Positions 19,568-30,443 are shown, counted from the first letter of the stretch. The stretch: 64,000 nucleotides of DNA from an uncultured Acidobacteriota bacterium (GCA_963828465.1 CAWHEU010000025.1:96001-160000); one strand, 5' to 3'. Notes: a model not told the origin generated them from the sequence alone. Numbers and translations: made by a program.

Positions 19568-21565
19568 TTGGCTGTGGCCCCTGGGCTAACCGCGAGGAGA
19601 GGCATTTATGCGATCTCCGCCGCGATCGTTCTCGTCCTGATGGTCGTCGGAGCCCTGTTCGCGGTGGTCAGCAACTTCGAGTTCCAGTGGGAAGAGAGCC
19701 CCATCCTGCTGACCATCTTCGCCTTCGGCCTCCTCGGCGCACTGGTCCTGTGGCGTCGCCCCGGTAACGCCATGGGCTGGGTCTTCTCAGCCATGGGTCT
19801 GAGCGGCACGCTGGCAGCCGCTCCCCAAACCGGCGCAGGCGTAGCTCTGGGTGGCCTGGGCTGGTTCACATTTTTCTTTCTCACCTTCGCCGTCCTCCCC
19901 ATGCTGTATCCCACCGGAGAGACCTTGCCGCGGTGGCGCTGGGTACTCCTCACCTCCATCATCGCCTATGCCGGTTTCGCCTTCCTCTGGATCTTCCAAG
20001 AGACCCTGTGTCTGGAAGTCAATGTGACCGATGGGGAGGAGGTCTGCATCGAATCAACGCCGAATCCGATCGGTATCGACGGGATCGAAAACCCCGAAAA
20101 CTCGGGGCCGGGCTCGATCCTGCTCCTCTCGTTCCTCATCGCCGGCGTGGCCGGCCTGGCGTCGCTGGCGATTCGCTATCGCCGGGCTCGAGGCATCGAA
20201 CGACAGCAGCTGAAATGGTTGCTGCTCTCCCTTGCCGCCCTGATGGGCTTCGTGTTCCTGTTCGACATCTTCCTGGCCGAATGGTTCGGTTTCCAATTGC
20301 CCGAACCGCTGTACAAAGCGATCATCGCCGTCTTGTGGCTCGGTCTGCCGACGACAGCAGGGCTCGCCATCTTCCGCTACGGACTCTATGACATCGATCG
20401 AGTCATCAGTCGTACCGTGGCCTATGGACTGGTGGTGGCCACCCTCACCATCGCCTATGTCGCGATAGTTACGGGTGTCGGCGCCGTCGTGAGCGAGTTC
20501 AGCCCATCCAACGTTGACCTGCCCATGCCCGTCATCGCCACGGCCCTAGTCGCGATCGCCTTTCTTCCGGTTCGGCAGAGAGCGATCAGGTTGGCTGACC
20601 GCATGGTGTTCGGAAGACGCCGGACACCGTATGAGGCCCTGGCAGGAGTCGGGGGTGCACAATTGGACGACCTGCTCCCGCAGATTGCACAACTCGCCAC
20701 TGAGTCGACGGCCGCCCGCGCCGCCATTGTCTGGCTCTCAGACGGCACGGAGTTGCAGCCTGCCGCCATTTTTCCCCAGAACGGCTCGCCACCCGAACCG
20801 ATTGCACTCGATGACGGTCGACTCCCGGCCGCGTCGGATCTGGGCGAGACTCTCCCCCTCACCCACCAGGAGAGTCTTCTGGGCGCCATCACCATCATCA
20901 CCGGCCCTGGGGAAGACCTGCCCGCCGAGGACCGCCGGCTCCTGACCGACCTGGCAGCGCATGCCGCGCTCACCCTGCACGGGGTGTTGGAATCCACTCC
21001 CCTACCCACAGGGATCGTCACATTCCTTATGACCGACATCGAAGGGTCAACGAGGCTCTGGGAAGATGATGCGGAAACGATGGCTGTGGCCCTCCGCACC
21101 CACGATGCGATGGCGCGCCGCGTAGTCGGCGACGGAGGTGGGGTCCTGGTGAAGTGGCGAGGTGAGGGTGACAGCACGTTTTCGGTGTTCACCAACGCGG
21201 GCCAGGCGGTGCTGACCGCCATGACTCTGCAGGAGGCGATCCGAGGCCATGAGTGGGGGACCGTCCGGCCAATCTCGATTCGCGCCGCCCTCCACACCGG
21301 GGAAGCCGAGTTGCGAGAGCGCGACTACTTCGGTCAGACGGTCAACCGATGCGCACGTCTCCGCTCACTGGCCAAGGGCGGCCAGACCCTGGTTTCAGCC
21401 GCCACACGCGAACTCGCCCGGGAAGGGCCTTCCCTGGAAATGCGTTTCGCCGATCTCGGCCAGCATCAGCTCAAGGACGTGAGCGAGCCAGAGCAGGTCT
21501 ACGAAGTAATCGCAACAACCGCCTCCGACGTATCGACCGAGATGCCGCCAAAACCCACGGACTAA
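19568..21565 (+). CDS. Membrane-bound class III adenylate/guanylate cyclase
   Basis: N-terminal multi-TM domain, GAF-like linker, TFLMTDIEGST, GEGDS, ALHTGE, YFGQTVNRCARL, LKD. Confidence 0.9.
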   Translation: MAVAPGLTARRGIYAISAAIVLVLMVVGALFAVVSNFEFQWEESPILLTIFAFGLLGALVLWRRPGNAMGWVFSAMGLSGTLAAAPQTGAGVALGGLGWFTFFFLTFAVLPMLYPTGETLPRWRWVLLTSIIAYAGFAFLWIFQETLCLEVNVTDGEEVCIESTPNPIGIDGIENPENSGPGSILLLSFLIAGVAGLASLAIRYRRARGIERQQLKWLLLSLAALMGFVFLFDIFLAEWFGFQLPEPLYKAIIAVLWLGLPTTAGLAIFRYGLYDIDRVISRTVAYGLVVATLTIAYVAIVTGVGAVVSEFSPSNVDLPMPVIATALVAIAFLPVRQRAIRLADRMVFGRRRTPYEALAGVGGAQLDDLLPQIAQLATESTAARAAIVWLSDGTELQPAAIFPQNGSPPEPIALDDGRLPAASDLGETLPLTHQESLLGAITIITGPGEDLPAEDRRLLTDLAAHAALTLHGVLESTPLPTGIVTFLMTDIEGSTRLWEDDAETMAVALRTHDAMARRVVGDGGGVLVKWRGEGDSTFSVFTNAGQAVLTAMTLQEAIRGHEWGTVRPISIRAALHTGEAELRERDYFGQTVNRCARLRSLAKGGQTLVSAATRELAREGPSLEMRFADLGQHQLKDVSEPEQVYEVIATTASDVSTEMPPKPTD

Positions 21566-21754
21566 CCCGCCACTCCGCTCCTGGTCGTCGCCATTTGTCC
21601 GGGCGTATCGCAAATTGCCCAACCCCAGACTCGTCCGGTTTGGTCCTGTTCCCTTTTCTTAGTCATTCGTGCCGCGGCGGCGGATGGCGCTGACCGACGC
21701 GATCTCAGTAGTACGCCGAATGCCGGAACCGCCAGGTCGCTCCGTACGCCTTGG

Positions 21755-22429
21755 TCACGCCTGTGAGAAGTCGGCCCTGTTCGGGATGCGGTCCGGCGGC
21801 GTGCCGATGACGATTGCTATGACGAGCTGGTCGTCGAGCTCGATATCCGCGGGGTCGCCCTCGTACTCCTCGCCGTCGATGTATACCGCGATGTCGGTCT
21901 CCGCCTCGCAGAACTCGCCGACGCACTCGTCATCGAGCCTGACTCCCCACTCGGTGAATAGCTGGCCGAGGGTCAGCAGCGTGTCGGCGGCCGCCTCGGT
22001 GTGGATCATGCCGGTCTCGTCGTGGGTGTGGAGCGGTGAGATGCACGGATTGGTGCACTCCTCGATGCCCCCGTACGCGCCATCGTCGGGGAAGTGCTGG
22101 ACACCAGGATCGGTGATGTCGATGCCAAGGCCGGCGGGCACGGGCACCGCCTCTCCATCGACGAAGACGCCGAGATGTGAGTGACGGTGCGTCTCCAGCT
22201 GCTCTTTGACCTCCGGCGTCAGACCCGCCTCGGTGGTCCGTTCGATCGGGTCGTCCGGCGCGGGCCACTCGGGGAACCCGTTGGCTGGGCGCGCCCTGTC
22301 GACGGACTCGCTCTCGTCTCCACCGCACGCGGCGACCGCGATCGCGCCAACAAGGATCACGGTCAGGCATGCGACGGAGGGTCGTCGGCTAAATGGTTCC
22401 ACGCGCCGACTTGCCCTTGGGTGTGCCAC
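21755..22429 (-). CDS. Lipoprotein with His-rich putative metal-binding motifs
   Basis: Lipobox VAAC; HRHSHLGVFVDG and LHTHDETGMIHTE. Confidence 0.75.
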   Translation of the reverse strand: MAHPRASRRVEPFSRRPSVACLTVILVGAIAVAACGGDESESVDRARPANGFPEWPAPDDPIERTTEAGLTPEVKEQLETHRHSHLGVFVDGEAVPVPAGLGIDITDPGVQHFPDDGAYGGIEECTNPCISPLHTHDETGMIHTEAAADTLLTLGQLFTEWGVRLDDECVGEFCEAETDIAVYIDGEEYEGDPADIELDDQLVIAIVIGTPPDRIPNRADFSQA

Positions 22430-22741
22430 CGATCTCCCGTCCCTGTGAACCCGAAGCTAGGTGAGTGCAGAACGTATGCCTGGCCGAACGCCCAAATAGA
22501 TTTCGCGGACCCGACGCGCCTCAACCTGCCGAGTGTTCCGACCCACCCCGATCGCTCAGCCCTACCCATATCGGGTAGAACCGGTGACCGGCAAGTGCTA
22601 GGACGATCCTGTTGACCAGCTTCATGGCTCTAGGTCGTCCGCCATGACGGAAGCATTCCAGAGAATGCGTCATCTATCACCAGATAGGCTGCCACCGACC
22701 AAGGTGCGGGGCCGAGGTTGTTACCCAGAAGGGAGATTGGC

Positions 22742-23092
22742 ATGCTGCCTATAACCCGCAAACACCTAGCTGACGCCGAAGAGACCATGACCTTCAAGCA
22801 TGGCAAGTCCATTCTCGTCCGCTTCGGCGACGAGGAGGTTTGGCGCTCCGAGCTGGAGCCCGGCTGGAACTGGGACGAAGATCTGGAGCCATACGCGGAA
22901 GGGGCGACAAGCTGCCCGCTCACCCACCGCGAGCTGGTGATCTCGGGCACCATCCGATATCTCATGGAGGACGACACCGAGGTGGTTGCATCCGAAGGCG
23001 ATGCCTTATTCATCCCACCCGGACATCGGGCCTGGGTTGTGGGAGATGAGACCTGTGTCCTCATCGACTGGCAGACTGAGCCAAGCTTCTGA
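22742..23092 (+). CDS. Cupin domain protein
   Basis: LEPGWNW...SCPLTH...FIPPGHRAWVVGDE. Confidence 0.85.
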   Translation: MLPITRKHLADAEETMTFKHGKSILVRFGDEEVWRSELEPGWNWDEDLEPYAEGATSCPLTHRELVISGTIRYLMEDDTEVVASEGDALFIPPGHRAWVVGDETCVLIDWQTEPSF

Positions 23093-23310
23093 CTCCAAAG
23101 AGCCGCATGGTGCTACCTCCTCCAAGAGCGGTGGGGTGCGCTATGCAGACATCGGCCTTGTCGAGCTCAAAGGCCTCGCCGACGCCATTCACCTCCACTC
23201 CGCACATCGGAGGTGACCACAGGGTGTCGACACCGGCAGTGCATGCGTTCAGGAAGGAGGCGCGGTCCGCGACCACACGTGAGTCGACGGGCCGGTAGTA
23301 CGGTCGAGCG

Positions 23311-23859
23311 GTGAGCGCCAATCGATTCGTGGCATTGCTTCGCGGTATAAACGTCGGTGGCCGCAACTTGATCTCGATGGCGGACCTACAGGACGCCTTC
23401 ACCGCCGAGGGATACCGCGATGCCAGGACCTACATCCAGTCGGGCAACGTCCTATTCGAGTCGGACACAGCCCGAGGCTCGCTCGAGGAAGAACTCGAGG
23501 CAATGCTCCAACGTCGGCTCGGCGTCGAGTTGGTTGTAGTCGTTCGATCACATCTTCAATTGCGCAACCTCGTCGCCAAGTCGCCAAAAGGGTTTGGAGA
23601 CGAGCCCAACCTCTATCACTCGGACGTGATCTTCCTCAAATCTCCTCTCACCCCGCATAGGGCGATGCGAGTGGTCAAGGTCCGGGACGGTGTCGACCAG
23701 GTATGGCCGGGGACTGGTGTCCTCTATTTCGCTCGTTTGAGCGCACGACGAACCCAGACCAAGATGGGCAGCATCGTCGGCACGCCGGAGTACAAGCTGA
23801 TGACGATCCGAAGTTGGAGTACGACAACCAGGCTGCTCGGTCTCTTCGATGAGCAATAG
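23311..23859 (+). CDS. DUF1697 family protein
   Basis: VALLRGINVGG, TYIQSGNV, TIRSWST. Confidence 0.9.
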   Translation: MSANRFVALLRGINVGGRNLISMADLQDAFTAEGYRDARTYIQSGNVLFESDTARGSLEEELEAMLQRRLGVELVVVVRSHLQLRNLVAKSPKGFGDEPNLYHSDVIFLKSPLTPHRAMRVVKVRDGVDQVWPGTGVLYFARLSARRTQTKMGSIVGTPEYKLMTIRSWSTTTRLLGLFDEQ

Positions 23860-24264
23860 ACGCGGGACGAGCCTCTCTCGAGCACATTTAGGCATCTAAG
23901 AGCGCCTCGTTGACCCGTTGATGGGGTTGGTCGGGGTCAGCGGCGCCGGCGTCCGCGGAGGGTAGCGAACGAGACCGCCCCGAGCGCGTAGCGCTCAACA
24001 ACACTGGAGGGGTGTTTCGGGGCCCCGGTAGCTGGAGCGAAATGAGTACACCTAAACGGGATCGAGAGATGTCCCGGAATCGGGTTTCGCACCGCTTGGT
24101 TTATCGAGTGGTCGGACCTCGCCAGCGTTGAAACCCCCAGCGAACTCACGTACGGCGAGGAAGAGTAAGAAGGTCCTTCGGGGCTGCTCTCATACATGCC
24201 ACCTCGCGGGAGGCTGGGAGTAGGGTCGAATGAGGCAACACGCGGAGCCTTGGAGGTGTTCGAG

Positions 24265-25122
24265 ATGGTGACCGATACACCGAGTCCGGTCAACATTGAG
24301 GAAGGCGAACAGATTGCCGAGGCCAACTCGTCGGGCCGCCAACCAGTTGTATTCATTCACGGTCTCTGGTTGTTGGCTTCGAGTTGGGATCGGTGGGCTT
24401 CGATGTTCAAGGATGCCGGCTATGCGCCCCTCACACCGATTTGGCCCGACGATCCGGAAACCGTGGAAGAGGCCCGAGCGCATCCCGACCTCCTCGCCAA
24501 CAAGACCTTGAAGCAGGTCGCCGACCACACCACGGAGATCATCGATGCCTTGGACCAGAAACCTGCGCTTGTGGGTCACTCCACCGGGGGCCTGCTGGCA
24601 GAGATGCTCGCGGGCCAGGGCCTCTCAGCGGCCACAGTCGCGATCGATCCGGGGGTCTTCCGCGGCGTCCTACCCCTGCCAGGCTCCGTGCTCAAGGGGG
24701 TGGGCCTCCTCCTGATCAACCCGCTCAACCGCGGTCGCGCGATCACGCTCACGTTCAACCAGTTCAAGTACGGCTGGGCGAACGCGTTAGATGACAGAGA
24801 AGCGAAGGAGCTCTACGACACATTCCACGTCGCCGGATCGGGGATATCTCTCGCCCAGATGGGCAACGCCAATCTCAATCCTTGGACAGAGTCCAAAGTG
24901 AACACGAAGTACCCCGACCGCGGCCCCCTACTGATCATCGATGGCGAGAAGGACCACACAGTGCCGTGGGCGATCGCGAACGCCGCCTATATGCGACAGA
25001 TGCGCAACCCCGGCGTGACCGAGATCGTGAAGATCCCCCATCGGGGGCACTCACTGACCATCGATCATGGCTGGCGCGAAGTAGCAGACAGGGCGCTCAA
25101 CTTCGTCAAGCGATTCGTCTAA
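24265..25122 (+). CDS. Alpha/beta hydrolase
   Basis: VVFIHGLW, GHSTGG, DHTVP, RGHSLTID; start approximate. Confidence 0.88.
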   Translation: MVTDTPSPVNIEEGEQIAEANSSGRQPVVFIHGLWLLASSWDRWASMFKDAGYAPLTPIWPDDPETVEEARAHPDLLANKTLKQVADHTTEIIDALDQKPALVGHSTGGLLAEMLAGQGLSAATVAIDPGVFRGVLPLPGSVLKGVGLLLINPLNRGRAITLTFNQFKYGWANALDDREAKELYDTFHVAGSGISLAQMGNANLNPWTESKVNTKYPDRGPLLIIDGEKDHTVPWAIANAAYMRQMRNPGVTEIVKIPHRGHSLTIDHGWREVADRALNFVKRFV

Positions 25123-25277
25123 CCGCACGCCAAACTTGCAGGGAGACGAGAACGCCTTCGAACCGGCGCGCAGGTCGGATGCGTGGGGTTCTCGCCTCTC
25201 CTTTTGGTAAGGCGCGAAGTTGCTATCCCACATCTAGGTCGGAACCGCCCGGCGACCCATCGTCAGGTGAGCGAAGA

Positions 25278-25910
25278 TCAGGGCTCGGTTGTTGCCTCTG
25301 CAACGTCGGGAACCAGGCCCTTTATGTCGTCGTAGCCCACCTCGGCGGGCTTGGCCGTCGGAGCGTATGTCAGCCAGATCACTCCAGTAGGGAATACCTC
25401 GGACCGAGTCAAGCTCAGGTGGTACGGGGTGTCACCGTCATTGAACAGGTGTCTGCCGCTACGGGCAGCCACCGGGTGGACCAACAGGCTGAGCTCGTCG
25501 ACCAAGCCGGCGGCCAGGAGTTGCTGGACAATCGAGATCGAGCCCGGGATGAGGATCCGGCCCACCGACGGTTCGGCCTTGAGGGCCGCCACCGCCGCGA
25601 CTAGGTCGCCGTCGAGCACCTCTGAGTTGCGCCAGGTGAACTCGAGGGGCTGGCGGGACACCACGATCTTTCGCTGGTCGCCAAGGGACTTGGCAAACGG
25701 CGCATCGACCTCGCCGGCGGTCTCCCTTTCGGGCCATGCACCGGCAAAGCTGTCGTACGTGATCCGACCAAGCAGCAAGACGTCGACTGCCTCATAGTCG
25801 TGGTCGACGGCCCGACCCATGTTGTCGTCGAAGTAAGGGAAGTGCCAGGACTCGTCGATCTCGGCCACACCGTCGAGGCTGATGAACAGGGTGGACACGA
25901 CAGTTCCCAT
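25278..25910 (-). CDS. Dihydrofolate reductase/RibD C-terminal family protein
   Basis: FISLDGV, LLGRITY, GLVDELSLLVHPVAARSGRHLF. Confidence 0.88.
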   Translation of the reverse strand: MGTVVSTLFISLDGVAEIDESWHFPYFDDNMGRAVDHDYEAVDVLLLGRITYDSFAGAWPERETAGEVDAPFAKSLGDQRKIVVSRQPLEFTWRNSEVLDGDLVAAVAALKAEPSVGRILIPGSISIVQQLLAAGLVDELSLLVHPVAARSGRHLFNDGDTPYHLSLTRSEVFPTGVIWLTYAPTAKPAEVGYDDIKGLVPDVAEATTEP

Positions 25911-26116
25911 CTCAGACAGGGAACCTATCACCGGGGTGCGGAAAGAAGGGCACGATGTCAGTCAGGCGACGGCGCGACGGGTCAGTTCGATAAGGCCGTG
26001 TGGGAATTCACGGCGTTGGAGGACGCGTCGAGTCATTCCACGGGCAGCAGCCAGGGCGATCTCGTTATCAACGAACCTCGGCTCGGTGCACTCGTAGTCG
26101 GTGCCCCTCCAACGCA

Positions 26117-26478
26117 CGGACACCTCAGAGGACTGGAAACTCTCCTCGCCCACGACGTGGAACTGACCGGCGACGGCGGAGGCAAGGTTCAGCCCTCGCC
26201 CACTCGTTGCGGGGACCAAGCCGCGTCGCCGCCGTGCTGGCAAAGGCGGTCCACACGATCGTCGGACTCCCGGGCGCCTCGTGGCGCCCAGTCGACGTCA
26301 ACGGCGGCGGCTCAGGAGCCCTCTTCCTCGACGGCCAAGGGAAGCTGATCGGCGTGCGGCACTCGACATCGCCGGCAGCCAGATCACAAACATCCAAGGC
26401 ATCGTCAACCCCGACAAGGTGGCCCACCTCGGACCGGTCGCCGACCTCAACTCGCTACTGGAGTCCGATCGCCGGTAA
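26117..26478 (+). pseudogene. Remnant of an ECF41/SigJ-type sigma factor C-terminal SnoaL domain
   Basis: GLETLLAHDVELTGDGGGK, VDVNGG and IVNPDKVAHL found in three frames; no N-terminus. Confidence 0.7.
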
Positions 26479-27377
26479 TGAGTCGATCGACATCAGCCGT
26501 ACGTCGAGACCGCGGGCGAGCCCAGGCCGAAGCCCACGTCATCGTCGACTCGATGCGTGCGGGCGGTTGGTCTCGTCCGCGGATCGCGGCGTGTAGAGAA
26601 AAAGCCCGCCCTCCGACGCGTCGACACCGCGAGTAGGTACTATTGGAGGTGAGGAGAAGCCTCCGTCCTCGAGTCAGGACCCCGCCCTTCGATGGATCGC
26701 CTCCCTGGTTGCACCTAGGTGATCGGAAGCTGCTTGCGGCTTCGAAGGAGCGGGACAGTGTCTGGATTCGTCAGCAGGCCGAAAGGCCCATGTCTCCATA
26801 CAGAGATGCCCACGTCTCGTCTCGACCAACTCATGGTCATCGCCCGGTTCCGGGAACTCGGATTCACCCAGAGACGGTGTGAAGGCTGTACCTGGTGTTG
26901 GGCGGTCTGGGACGATGCCGAGGGCAACCGGATCCGGTCATTCCGAAGCGTCGGGCGAATAGCTGGCGTCGATTATGCGTGAAGATCCCTCGCCCTGTTT
27001 CCCCCAAACGCCCTTCCCCGCCCGGGAGAAAGGGAACCCGCCGAGCGCCCCCTGGCGTCATCCTTGCGCGACCGCGCTCGGCGGTTCTCTGCGCCCAGAC
27101 CTCCACCTTCCACGATCGATTGAATGACCCGCAGGCTCGGGTAAGGCGACCCTCGGAAATGGGCAGCAGACGGGGTCTGAGGGACCCCGATCACGGTTCT
27201 CCGGGATGGTCGCCACCACAACCGCCGGACAGAAATTCTACGTACGCGAACCGGGAAATCCCGAACACGCTCGCCCTCAATCGAGGATGATTGTCCAGGG
27301 CTTGGTTCTCGGTTCGTGCGGTTTTGGGAGGCCGTCCTCGAGGGTATGTGACCTTAGCGACCCTCGATAGGAGTGGC

Positions 27378-27744
27378 CATGGCATTCAGTGTTCGATACA
27401 TCGTTGATGACGTCGACGAAGCGATTCGATTTTACGGCGAGAACTTGGGGTTTGAGGTCGACATGAACCCCGCACCCGGGTTTGCTGCCCTCAGCAAGGA
27501 TGATCTGCGCTTGTATCTGAATGCACCCGGTGCGGGGAGCGCCGGGGCTGCTGGTGGCAGCCCAGAACCCGGAGGTTGGAACCGATTCCAACTCACGGTC
27601 GACGACCTCGACAAGAGCATCAATGACCTTCGTGGTTCCGGAGCCAGATTTCGGGGCGACATAGCGGAGGGAGCTGGCGGGCGCCAGATCTTGCTCGAGG
27701 ATCCTTCGGGCAACCTGGTCGAATTGTTCGAGCCGAAGAGCTGA
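27378..27744 (+). CDS. VOC/glyoxalase family protein
   Basis: VRYIVDDVDEAIRFY...GGWNRFQL...EDPSGNLVELFEP. Confidence 0.9.
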
Positions 27745-27857
27745 GGCTCAACACCCCTTGGTCGGAGCGACGTCTAGCGCATGGAGCGCCACGCTGCCAA
27801 GCAGCGGTCGTCCCACAGGATCTCGCCGCCGCTGTCTGCGATTCGTCGTTGAGGCGC

Positions 27858-28205
27858 GGCTTGCTCAGGGTGCGGCCGAGCTTGGCGATCTCGACCAGCG
27901 GCCTGGGGACGCCGGCCGATTGATTTCTCACAAGAGCGACAGCTCACAACACGCTATTTTGGGGGCACCCCAAAGCTGAGGAGAGCCCCGTGGGCAGGAA
28001 GAGCGCCTCTTCACAATGCAGGGTGTAGTCGGGGTGTGAATCCGCCTGTCTCGAGTAGGGATCGGGCGATGTAGTTGGTGAGGTTGCGGAAGCCGAGGGC
28101 GGAGCCCCGCAGGTGCTCTATGCGGCCGCTGATCGCTTCGGTTGGACCTTTGCTGGTGCCGGGCGGGTCGAAGTAGGCGAGTACGTCAGCGGCTCGCTTA
28201 CTCAG
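27858..28205 (-). mobile_element. ISL3-family transposase C-terminal remnants and IS end
   Basis: LSKRAADVLAYFDPPGTSKGPTEAISGRIEHLRGSALGFRNLTNYIARSLLETGG (28205-28011) and GVPRPLVEIAKLGRTLSK (~27915-27858); GCCTCTTC end resembles ISL3 GGCTCTTC. Confidence 0.8.
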
Positions 28206-29170
28206 TTGATCCGTCGCCGGACCCAATAGATGGTGGCGACGATGAGCCCGACGGCGAGGGCGACGAAGATCGCCGTTTCGATGGCTTGGAATGCCCAGAA
28301 CTGGCCGAAGGGGTGGATGGTGAGCACCTCGGCAGAGGCAGTGTCCACCTCCGAGCCGGCGGAGACGATCCAGTCGCCGCCGAGGTCGTTGCGCATCTGC
28401 GGTATATCGGGCCCGAAGGCGATGTTCTCGAGTACACGTGTCTCTGTCGGCATGTAGCGAGTACGTGCCGCCAGCATCACGAGCAGTCGGGTTCCGAGGA
28501 AGCCGACGACGGTCGTCGCCATCGCGGGAAGCATTCGGCCGGTGACGGCGCCGGCGAAGACGCCCAGCGCAAGCGCGAAGAGGGCGTATCCGAAGACGAC
28601 GATGCCGTGCATGTCGAAGAAGATGTAGGTGAACCGCGAGCCCGACGTCTGCATCGCTGGCGTGATCCACCACGTGAGCATCCCGGCGTATATCGCGGTC
28701 ATGACCAGTACGGCGAGGGAGACAAGCCCGATCTTGGTTGCCGCCCAGCGAAGCCGCGAGACGCCCTGTGTCCACACCAGTCGGTGAGTGCCGTGTTCGA
28801 TCTCACGGGCGACGAGGGAAGCCCCCCAGAACATGCCGGCGAATATCGGCAGGGTCAACAGCAGCAGTCCGACGAATACGGCGTTCGGATACTCGCCGAA
28901 GAAGTCGCGTGCCGACTGGGCGCAGCGGCCGACCGCCAGGTCATCCTCGTCTACCGCCCGCGCACCCTCGACGCCTTGGCGGTCGAGTGCATCGGTATCG
29001 ATGACGACCGGCGCGGCCATGGCCTCGGGCAGGCAGTCGGGCAGGCCCAGCTCCTCGAACCGGTCGTGCATTGGCATGCCTGTGCCGACGAAGAAGGCAC
29101 CGAGGACGAGCAGGGCAGCCACACCGAAGAAGAGTTGCTTGCGATGTTGGCGCCACACGAGCCAGGTCAT
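28202..29170 (-). CDS. ABC-2 type transporter permease
   Basis: MTWLVWRQHR, REIEHGTHRLVWTQGVSRLRW, FWAFQAIET. Confidence 0.88.
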   Translation of the reverse strand: MTWLVWRQHRKQLFFGVAALLVLGAFFVGTGMPMHDRFEELGLPDCLPEAMAAPVVIDTDALDRQGVEGARAVDEDDLAVGRCAQSARDFFGEYPNAVFVGLLLLTLPIFAGMFWGASLVAREIEHGTHRLVWTQGVSRLRWAATKIGLVSLAVLVMTAIYAGMLTWWITPAMQTSGSRFTYIFFDMHGIVVFGYALFALALGVFAGAVTGRMLPAMATTVVGFLGTRLLVMLAARTRYMPTETRVLENIAFGPDIPQMRNDLGGDWIVSAGSEVDTASAEVLTIHPFGQFWAFQAIETAIFVALAVGLIVATIYWVRRRIN

Positions 29171-30051
29171 GCGCTCAGATCCTGGTGGTCGGCCATTATC
29201 TCGCCGTTGGCCGCCAGGTAGGCGAGGACGAGGTCTTCGAGGGTGACGTCGCGTGGCTCCCAGGCGGGTTCGAGGGCTTGTGCGTTGGTTCGGACGAGGA
29301 GCGTGCTCTGTCGTTGCCCGTCGGTGGCGTGGACGACCTCTTCGACCCCGGCGATCGTGGCGCGACGTGGCCCCCCTGGGCCGATCAGGATCTTGTGGGT
29401 GGCCAGCAACTGGTCGGTCTCGGCGAAGACCTGGACGCGTCCGGCTTGAAGCACCAGGAGGTGGTCGCAGACCCGCTCCAGATCGGTGATGAGATGGGAC
29501 GACAAGACCACGGTCGTTGGCGTCTCGGCAACGGCGTCGACCATGGCGGAGAGGAATTCCCGGCGGGCGAGTGGGTCGAGGCTGGCGAGGGGTTCATCGA
29601 GGAGCAGCAGCCGTGGCCGCTTGGCGAGCGCGAGGCACAACGCCACTTGGGCGCGTTGGCCGCCCGATAGCTGGTCGACGCGCCGGTCGAGGGGCACTCC
29701 GACTTTGGGCAGGCGTTCCCGGCCGAACGCAACGTCAAAGTCGCGGTTGAGCTTGTCGCCCATCGTGAGCAGCTCGTCGGCGGTGAAGTCCTCGTACAGC
29801 GGCGCGTCCTGGGCAACGAAACCGACACCGGGCAATGTCCGGTCTCCCGGTTCTCCGCCGAGCACCCGGATCGTGCCCGCGGACGGTCGGGTCAGCCCGG
29901 TGACGCAATGAAGCAGGGTCGTCTTGCCGGCCCCATTGGGACCGACGAGAGCAACGATCGCCCCTGGAGGGATCGCAAAGCTGCAGTGGTCGAGCGCCAA
30001 CGTCCGTCGGTAGCGCTTAGTGATGCCGTCTGCGACGAGCGCGCCGCTCAC
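29167..30051 (-). CDS. ABC transporter ATP-binding protein
   Basis: GPNGAGKT, LSGGQ, LLLDEP, SSH. Confidence 0.92.
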   Translation of the reverse strand: MSGALVADGITKRYRRTLALDHCSFAIPPGAIVALVGPNGAGKTTLLHCVTGLTRPSAGTIRVLGGEPGDRTLPGVGFVAQDAPLYEDFTADELLTMGDKLNRDFDVAFGRERLPKVGVPLDRRVDQLSGGQRAQVALCLALAKRPRLLLLDEPLASLDPLARREFLSAMVDAVAETPTTVVLSSHLITDLERVCDHLLVLQAGRVQVFAETDQLLATHKILIGPGGPRRATIAGVEEVVHATDGQRQSTLLVRTNAQALEPAWEPRDVTLEDLVLAYLAANGEIMADHQDLSA

Positions 30052-30443
30052 GCCGAGTCCTTCATGTCGAGCAACCGGTGGAGCGTGGTGTCCACGACCG
30101 CCCTGATGTGCTCGGGCGACAGTCCTGCAGCGCGTGCCTGGCCCACCCAAGCCTCCAAGCGCACTCGCAGCCCATCGAGGGTCCCTGGTGACGGTCCCGC
30201 CAGCGAGCCCACTACATAGGTGCCCTGCCCGTGCCTTCCCTCCACCAGTTGTTCGTACTCGAGCTGGCGGTAGGCCTTGAGCACCGTGTTGGGGTTGATG
30301 ACCAGGGCCGCTGCTACCTCGCGGACCGTCGGCAGCCGGTCACCCGGCTCGAGTCGGCCAAGGCGCAGGGCCTGTCTCACCTGCTCGGCGATCTGAAGGT
30401 AAGTCGGCACACCCGATGTGGAGCTGAGGTGAAAGGCGAGCAT
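30048..30443 (-). CDS. GntR (YtrA subfamily) regulator
   Basis: VPTYLQI...LPTVRE...INPNTVLKAY...GQGTYV; heads the ABC operon. Confidence 0.92.
   Translation of the reverse strand: MLAFHLSSTSGVPTYLQIAEQVRQALRLGRLEPGDRLPTVREVAAALVINPNTVLKAYRQLEYEQLVEGRHGQGTYVVGSLAGPSPGTLDGLRVRLEAWVGQARAAGLSPEHIRAVVDTTLHRLLDMKDSA

Noticed and set aside
25117-25225. Integron attC site (GTCTAAC after a stop codon followed by a hairpin)
   Set aside because: No complementary GTTRRRY box and no intI; more simply a terminator-like hairpin between convergent genes.
26600-27300. Possible integrase remnant for the array
   Set aside because: No tyrosine recombinase (R..HxxR..Y) or serine recombinase motifs seen in the ORF translations; left unassigned.
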